From the NCBI GenBank assembly GCA_032126435.1, contig JAQBBE010000313.1, forward strand, positions 1 to 42,624: a stretch of DNA of 42,624 nt, read 5' to 3'. A program made the translations under genes and the position numbers. The notes beneath the pieces are model-generated. The model did no database searches. It saw only the letters and a list, made by a program, of their open reading frames with translations, and had not been told where the DNA came from. Of the stretch, positions 38,341 to 42,624 are shown one piece after another. Origin of the DNA: Desulfobacterales bacterium. GTDB lineage: Bacteria > Desulfobacterota > Desulfobacteria > Desulfobacterales > UBA11574. The first letter of the stretch is position 1, and each line of letters opens with the position of its first letter.

Positions 38341-39930
38341 CTACTCCTTTGCTTCCCGTCCCTTTTTGGATGGAATATGTTTCATGGCATGCTCGGCCAT
38401 GGCGGTAATTGTCAGACTCGGATTTACGCCCAGGTTGGCCGGTATCATCGATCCGTCCACAACATACAGACCTTCATAGCCGTAAACCCGGTTCTTCCCG
38501 TCGATAACGCCGCGTTTCGAATCCGGTCCGATGGGGCATCCGCCTAAAATGTGTGCCGTAATGCCGGTATTCAAAAAAACCTCGTTTACGGCACTCTGCG
38601 GAATGCCGCCAGTTTTCTTGGCCAGCGCCCGGGTCACTTCCTGAGCCTTCGGAATATAGACCGGCACCTTTTCCCGCTGTTGTTCACGCGTTGAGATCAA
38701 TGAGCGATTAAAAGGCCACCACCATCGACGCTTAAGATTGACCTTGACGCTGTTATCCAACGTCTGCATGACCAGAAGGATGATCGACCGTCGTGCCCAG
38801 CCAAACGGCCAAAGAACGCGTAGAAAATGAATGGGGTGTCGAATGATGTTTAAAAGCCACTTCAAGGGTCGTGTGAACGGATTGCCGCCTTCGGTGAAGA
38901 TCGTGCTTAAAAAACTCATTAAGTCAGAACCTTCCGGATAGCGCACGGGTTCTATATGGGTGAATTCATCCGGGTATATGCTCGATGTAATGGCAATCCC
39001 TTTGGAGTAATCCACCGCGTCGTCTTTTGCAGTCACGGCCGTTAACGTTTCACTGTTGGTCCGGACCCGCGAACCGAGCATGGGTGAAAGTCCGGGCAAC
39101 GTTCCCTGTTCTCTGCACGTTAAAAGCAACGGGACGGTGCCTAAAACACCGGCGGCAAGAACGATCTCCTTCGCCAGAAATGTTCGCCGGTCACTGGAAA
39201 ACAGCGAAGTGGTTCGTATGGTATCCACCTGATAACCGCCACCGGGATATTCTTTGATCAGGGTCGCCTTTGTCTCGGGAAAAATTTTCACACCCAGTGC
39301 CTCAGCCAGGTAGAGGTAATTTTTGTCCAGGGTGTTTTTTGCATTATACCGGCAACCGACCATGCAACCGCCGCAAAAGCAGCATCCGGTACGATCCGGC
39401 CCTTTTCCGTCAAAGTAGGGATCGGGAACGGTTTTCTCGGGCTCGCCGAAAAAAACCCCCACATCCTGAAGGCTGAATGTATGACCTCTGCCCATCTCCT
39501 CGGCCAACTCGCGGAGCAGTTCATCCGCCGGATATACCTTTTCGCTGGTCGTAACCCCGAGCATTTTTTTGGCCGTCTCATATTTGGGTGCGAGAATCGA
39601 TTTCCAATCCCCCATCTGGGACCACTGGGGATCTTCGTAAAACGCGTCCGGAGGTTCAAGCAGCGTGTTGGCATAGCCAAGGCTTCCTCCGCCCACGCCC
39701 GCACCGCTCAAAATTAAAACATCGGAAAGGAGCGTGATACGTAAAATGCCGAAACAGCGCAAGAACGGGAGCCAAAGATACTTGAAAATATTCCAGTTGC
39801 TTTTGGGAAAATTTTCACTCCGGTATCGCTTGCCGGCTTCCAGAACCGCCACTTCGTAACCCTTTTCAGCCAATCGAAGTGCGCTGACACTTCCCCCGAA
39901 TCCAGAACCGATAATGATGAAATCGTACAT
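38341..39930 (-). CDS. GMC-family FAD-dependent oxidoreductase (cholesterol-oxidase-like)
   Basis: MYDFIIIGSGFGGSVSALRLAEKG and the C-terminal GLYVVDGSMIPANLGVNPSLTITAMAE. Confidence 0.88.
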   Translation of the reverse strand: MYDFIIIGSGFGGSVSALRLAEKGYEVAVLEAGKRYRSENFPKSNWNIFKYLWLPFLRCFGILRITLLSDVLILSGAGVGGGSLGYANTLLEPPDAFYEDPQWSQMGDWKSILAPKYETAKKMLGVTTSEKVYPADELLRELAEEMGRGHTFSLQDVGVFFGEPEKTVPDPYFDGKGPDRTGCCFCGGCMVGCRYNAKNTLDKNYLYLAEALGVKIFPETKATLIKEYPGGGYQVDTIRTTSLFSSDRRTFLAKEIVLAAGVLGTVPLLLTCREQGTLPGLSPMLGSRVRTNSETLTAVTAKDDAVDYSKGIAITSSIYPDEFTHIEPVRYPEGSDLMSFLSTIFTEGGNPFTRPLKWLLNIIRHPIHFLRVLWPFGWARRSIILLVMQTLDNSVKVNLKRRWWWPFNRSLISTREQQREKVPVYIPKAQEVTRALAKKTGGIPQSAVNEVFLNTGITAHILGGCPIGPDSKRGVIDGKNRVYGYEGLYVVDGSMIPANLGVNPSLTITAMAEHAMKHIPSKKGREAKE

Positions 39931-40007
39931 TTTACTTACACCCCTTGATCGACCGCTTATCCTGAATGAGCGTAAACAAAATCGAGAACATCCCTAACAA
40001 ATCCAAT

Positions 40008-40057
40008 TTGATGGCCTCAAAAAAAGTCCGTTTTGTTCGCTCTGTGACCATTTGGGA
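40008..40057. repeat. dispersed repeat copy (reverse orientation of 19281-19330)
   Basis: By hand alignment, 43 of 50 positions are identical to the reverse complement of 19281-19330. This explains the 63-aa track ORF at 39932-40123. Confidence 0.6.
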
Positions 40058-40268
40058 GGCTTCAAGGACGTTATGGATACCCTGATGTTTATCACTTTTT
40101 CTCAAGTATTGTAAAGGAAACAAATGCGATCAAAAAACCAGGGACACCATAAAATTTCTTGACTTTATTGTTATTTTTTAATTACTTGAAGAATCCTGTT
40201 CGGGTGCTCGCATGAGATTAACGAGGATATGGGCAGGGGGTGATCTTGAGGATAGAAAAGGGACATCC

Positions 40269-40300
40269 CCGGATCGATCTGTTTCGGTCCGGTTTTTTTT
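40269..40300 (+). terminator. intrinsic terminator inside the 5' leader of the ABC importer operon
   Basis: CCGGATCGA (40269-40277) pairs with TCGGTCCGG (40284-40292) as 9 bp including one G-U pair, followed by T8 (40293-40300). It lies 29 nt before the ATG at 40329. Confidence 0.6.
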
Positions 40301-40328
40301 GAGTAAAAATACAATTCAACGCGCTTCA

Positions 40329-41258
40329 ATGGCCTTTAGAATTTCCGACATATTGAATTACAGATCCATGGCGATCTTTTGGGTGGCGACGGCGTCCTTT
40401 ATTATTTTCTTGGGTACACCATCTCTCGCAAGAACAATGACGGATCAGCTCGGACGAAACGTCACGGTTCCGGATGAACCCCGGCGAATTGTATCCCTTG
40501 CACCGAATATCACGGAGATTATTTTTGCCCTGGGTCAGGAACGTCGTTTAATCGGTGTTACCCGGTACAGCGATTTTCCGCCTGAAGCTGAAAAACTTCC
40601 CAAGGTCGGTTCATATGTTCACCTCGATTTGGAGAAAATCGTGGCATTAAAACCGGATCTTTGTATTGCCATCAGGGACGGAAATCCTATAGATGTCGCC
40701 AGGCGCCTCGAATCTCTAAAAATACCCGTATATGCCGTAGATCCGAAAAATTTAGAAACGATCATGCAAACGGTGCTTGAAATCGGTGAGCTCATCAATG
40801 CCGAAAAAAGAGCAGACCTTTTGGTGCGGAACATGGATCTCAGGATTCAAAAGGTCAAGTCTCTCGTTTCAAACGTTACCTATCGTCCCCGGGTCTTTTT
40901 CCAAATCGGTGTCTCCCCCATCGTATCGGTTGGGACCCATACATTTATTCACGGACTCATTGTTCTTGCCGGTGGGACTAATCTTGCGGAAGGCCCAACC
41001 ACTTATCCCCGGTTCAGTCGCGAACAGGTCCTGGCCCTGTCGCCGGAAGTGATTATTATCACTTCCATGGCCCGGGCAGCGATATTCGAGCAGGTCAAAG
41101 CGGAATGGCGAAAATGGCCCGATCTGCCCGCGGTGCGAAACCAGCGTATTTTCCTTGAAGATTCCAATTTTTTCGATCGCCCCACGCCCCGGCTTGTGGA
41201 CGGCCTCGAACTGCTGGTGAGATTGATCCATCCCGAACTTTTTAAGGAAGCAGAGTGA
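40329..41258 (+). CDS. ABC transporter periplasmic binding protein, FecB/BtuF (class III) type
   Basis: Signal-like MAFRISDILNYRSMAIFWVATASFIIFLGTPSLA, then RIVSLAPNITEIIFALG, GVTRYSDFP and KPDLCIA. The track start at 40212 would read through the terminator, so ATG at 40329 (or 40368) is preferred. Confidence 0.85.
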   Translation: MAFRISDILNYRSMAIFWVATASFIIFLGTPSLARTMTDQLGRNVTVPDEPRRIVSLAPNITEIIFALGQERRLIGVTRYSDFPPEAEKLPKVGSYVHLDLEKIVALKPDLCIAIRDGNPIDVARRLESLKIPVYAVDPKNLETIMQTVLEIGELINAEKRADLLVRNMDLRIQKVKSLVSNVTYRPRVFFQIGVSPIVSVGTHTFIHGLIVLAGGTNLAEGPTTYPRFSREQVLALSPEVIIITSMARAAIFEQVKAEWRKWPDLPAVRNQRIFLEDSNFFDRPTPRLVDGLELLVRLIHPELFKEAE

Positions 41259-42265
41259 ACACCGAAAAACCATTGCTGATAAAACGTCTGCTGGTTGTTT
41301 CCTTTTCAATGATGCTGGTGTTGCTTATGGCCATGTTTCTCGGCCTTTCTTTAGGGTCCAGCCAGAGCGGAATAAAGGCTGTTTTCCAAAATATTTTGGG
41401 CATCGGACCCCATGATCCCATGGTGGCTACCATCATCTGGAAGATCCGTTTTCCACGGATCTTGCTGGCAACCCTGGTGGGCGGGACCCTTTCCCTGGGC
41501 GGGTTGGTTTTCCAGGCCCTATTGAAAAATCCCCTGGCCGAACCCTATATTTTGGGCATTTCCGGGGGTTCGGCCATCGGTGCGATTATCGGCATTCTGA
41601 TCGGATTCGCCAAATTTCCAGGGGTCAGTCTTATGGCTTTTTCGGGAAGTATCGGCACACTTTTGCTGATTCTTGTCATGTCCTCCGGACAAACAATTCT
41701 GAAAAAAGATGCCCTGCTTCTTTCAGGCGTAATGGTAAATGCTTTCTGCGGGGCCGTCATAATGTTCCTGGTCTCATTGACCCAGGATGCAAGGCTCCAT
41801 AATATTATTTTCTGGCTCATGGGGGATCTTTCCATGGTCGACATGCCCCAGGTCGGAATTCTTGCCGCAATCCTTTTACCGTGTTTTTTCCTATTGTTCT
41901 GGTTTTCAAATTCGATGAATCTGCTCCTGATGGGCAAAGAATTGGCCCAGACCATGGGGGTCAATGTAAAGGCGGTAACCGTGACCTTGCTGGTGGTCAC
42001 CTCGTTTATGGTCAGTGCCACGGTTTCTTACTGCGGGCTTGTGGGATTTGTCGGACTGGTCGTACCCCATCTTCTGAGACTTCTTTTTGGGCCGGACCAC
42101 CGGGTCCTGGTTCCGGCATGTGTTTTTGGCGGCGGCGCCTATCTTGTTTTCTGCGATGTTCTGGCCCGGACGCTTCCGGACCAGGGGGAGATACCTGCCG
42201 GTGTCATTACCGCAATGATCGGTGCGCCGCTCTTTATCTATTTATTGAAAAGAACCCGACGGTAA
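41255..42265 (+). CDS. FecCD/BtuC-family ABC permease
   Basis: 336 aa with about 9 TM segments, RFPRILLATLVGGTLSLGGLVFQALLKNPLAEPYILGISGG and GVITAMIGAPLFIYLL. It has a GTG start that overlaps the upstream TGA. Confidence 0.9.
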   Translation: MNTEKPLLIKRLLVVSFSMMLVLLMAMFLGLSLGSSQSGIKAVFQNILGIGPHDPMVATIIWKIRFPRILLATLVGGTLSLGGLVFQALLKNPLAEPYILGISGGSAIGAIIGILIGFAKFPGVSLMAFSGSIGTLLLILVMSSGQTILKKDALLLSGVMVNAFCGAVIMFLVSLTQDARLHNIIFWLMGDLSMVDMPQVGILAAILLPCFFLLFWFSNSMNLLLMGKELAQTMGVNVKAVTVTLLVVTSFMVSATVSYCGLVGFVGLVVPHLLRLLFGPDHRVLVPACVFGGGAYLVFCDVLARTLPDQGEIPAGVITAMIGAPLFIYLLKRTRR

Positions 42266-42266
42266 T

Positions 42267-42624
42267 ATGGCCATAGAGAGCAAAAACCTGAACTATTATT
42301 ATGGAAATATTCCGGCCTTAAAGGATCTGAGTTTTTCGGTCAACAAAAGTGATTTTTTCATTATCATCGGCCCGAACGGTTCCGGAAAAACGACATTGAT
42401 GAAGATAATGGCGGGGATTCTTAAACCGAAAACGGGTCGATTGAAGATACTGGACCGAACCCTCAAAAACTATACCCGCAAAGCTTTGGCCCAGACCCTG
42501 GCCTTTGTTCCGCAGATGATGCCAATGGATTTTCCGTTTAGCGTCATTGAAGTGGTGCTCATGGGGAGATCGCCGTATCTGGGGATGCTGGGGGTCGAAC
42601 AAGCGGGGGATTTAAAAATTGCGG
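42267..42624 (+). CDS. ABC transporter ATP-binding protein (FepC/BtuD-like), 3'-truncated by the window end
   Basis: Hand translation from ATG at 42267 gives MAIESKNLNYYYGNIPALKDLSFSVNKSDFFIIIGPNGSGKTTLMKIMAGIL... (Walker A). It is absent from the ORF track because no stop lies within the window. Confidence 0.85.
   Translation, partial: MAIESKNLNYYYGNIPALKDLSFSVNKSDFFIIIGPNGSGKTTLMKIMAGILKPKTGRLKILDRTLKNYTRKALAQTLAFVPQMMPMDFPFSVIEVVLMGRSPYLGMLGVEQAGDLKIA

Noticed and set aside
39932-40123. A 63-aa ORF (..RTKRTFFEAIKLD..) between the GMC gene and the importer operon.
   Set aside because: Its conserved-looking core is the dispersed DNA repeat (43/50 identical to the reverse complement of 19281-19330), so it is most likely a repeat-derived pseudo-ORF rather than a gene.
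40190-40300. A cobalamin riboswitch upstream of the BtuF-like binding protein.
   Set aside because: It is expected from the genomic context, but I could find neither the B12 box (GCCACTG) nor the conserved AGGGAA..GGTG..AATCC..CCCGC..ACTG core. It is therefore reported only as an unclassified terminator-containing leader.
1-42624. CRISPR arrays, IS elements/transposases, integrases, prophage genes, toxin-antitoxin pairs and known defence-system signatures.
   Set aside because: The six-frame track has no ORF with such motifs. I saw no regularly spaced direct repeats of 25-40 bp; the repeats present are short inverted-repeat (REP/MITE-like) elements.

Overview
This window is a gene-dense chromosomal region made up mostly of housekeeping genes, about 85% on the minus strand. 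From the protein sequences and the intergenic repeat families I infer a Desulfobacterota/Desulfobacteraceae-like genome, but I cannot verify that here.

Main content, left to right:
- nif3, then a dnaG-rpoD-tRNA(CAT) unit
- hisB-lipoprotein-hisA and tRNA-Ala(CGC)
- a stand-alone YcaO-TPR gene
- a dynamin-like GTPase plus an orphan ParA pair
- yqgE, glycerate kinase, a hybrid PAS/GAF histidine kinase, dtd and dacB
- a long run psd-pssA-leuB-asd-greA-rpoZ-ttcA-folE2, then lon-tsaB
- a tightly coupled five-gene unit: GMC oxidoreductase, recC, transglutaminase-like protein, ABC ATPase, ABC permease
- the start of a FecB/BtuF-type ABC importer

I see no transposase, integrase, phage gene, CRISPR array or recognisable defence system, and no clear-cut novel system. 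The candidates most worth a second look are:
- the partner-less YcaO-TPR gene
- the dynamin-like/ParA pair
- an unannotated 47-aa Cys-rich basic ORF
- recC without recB/recD, coupled to a transglutaminase/ABC exporter module
- a terminator-containing leader upstream of the importer
- several inverted-repeat families that fill nearly every larger intergenic gap

Several ORF-track starts are over-extended at the N-terminus and are corrected in the feature list.
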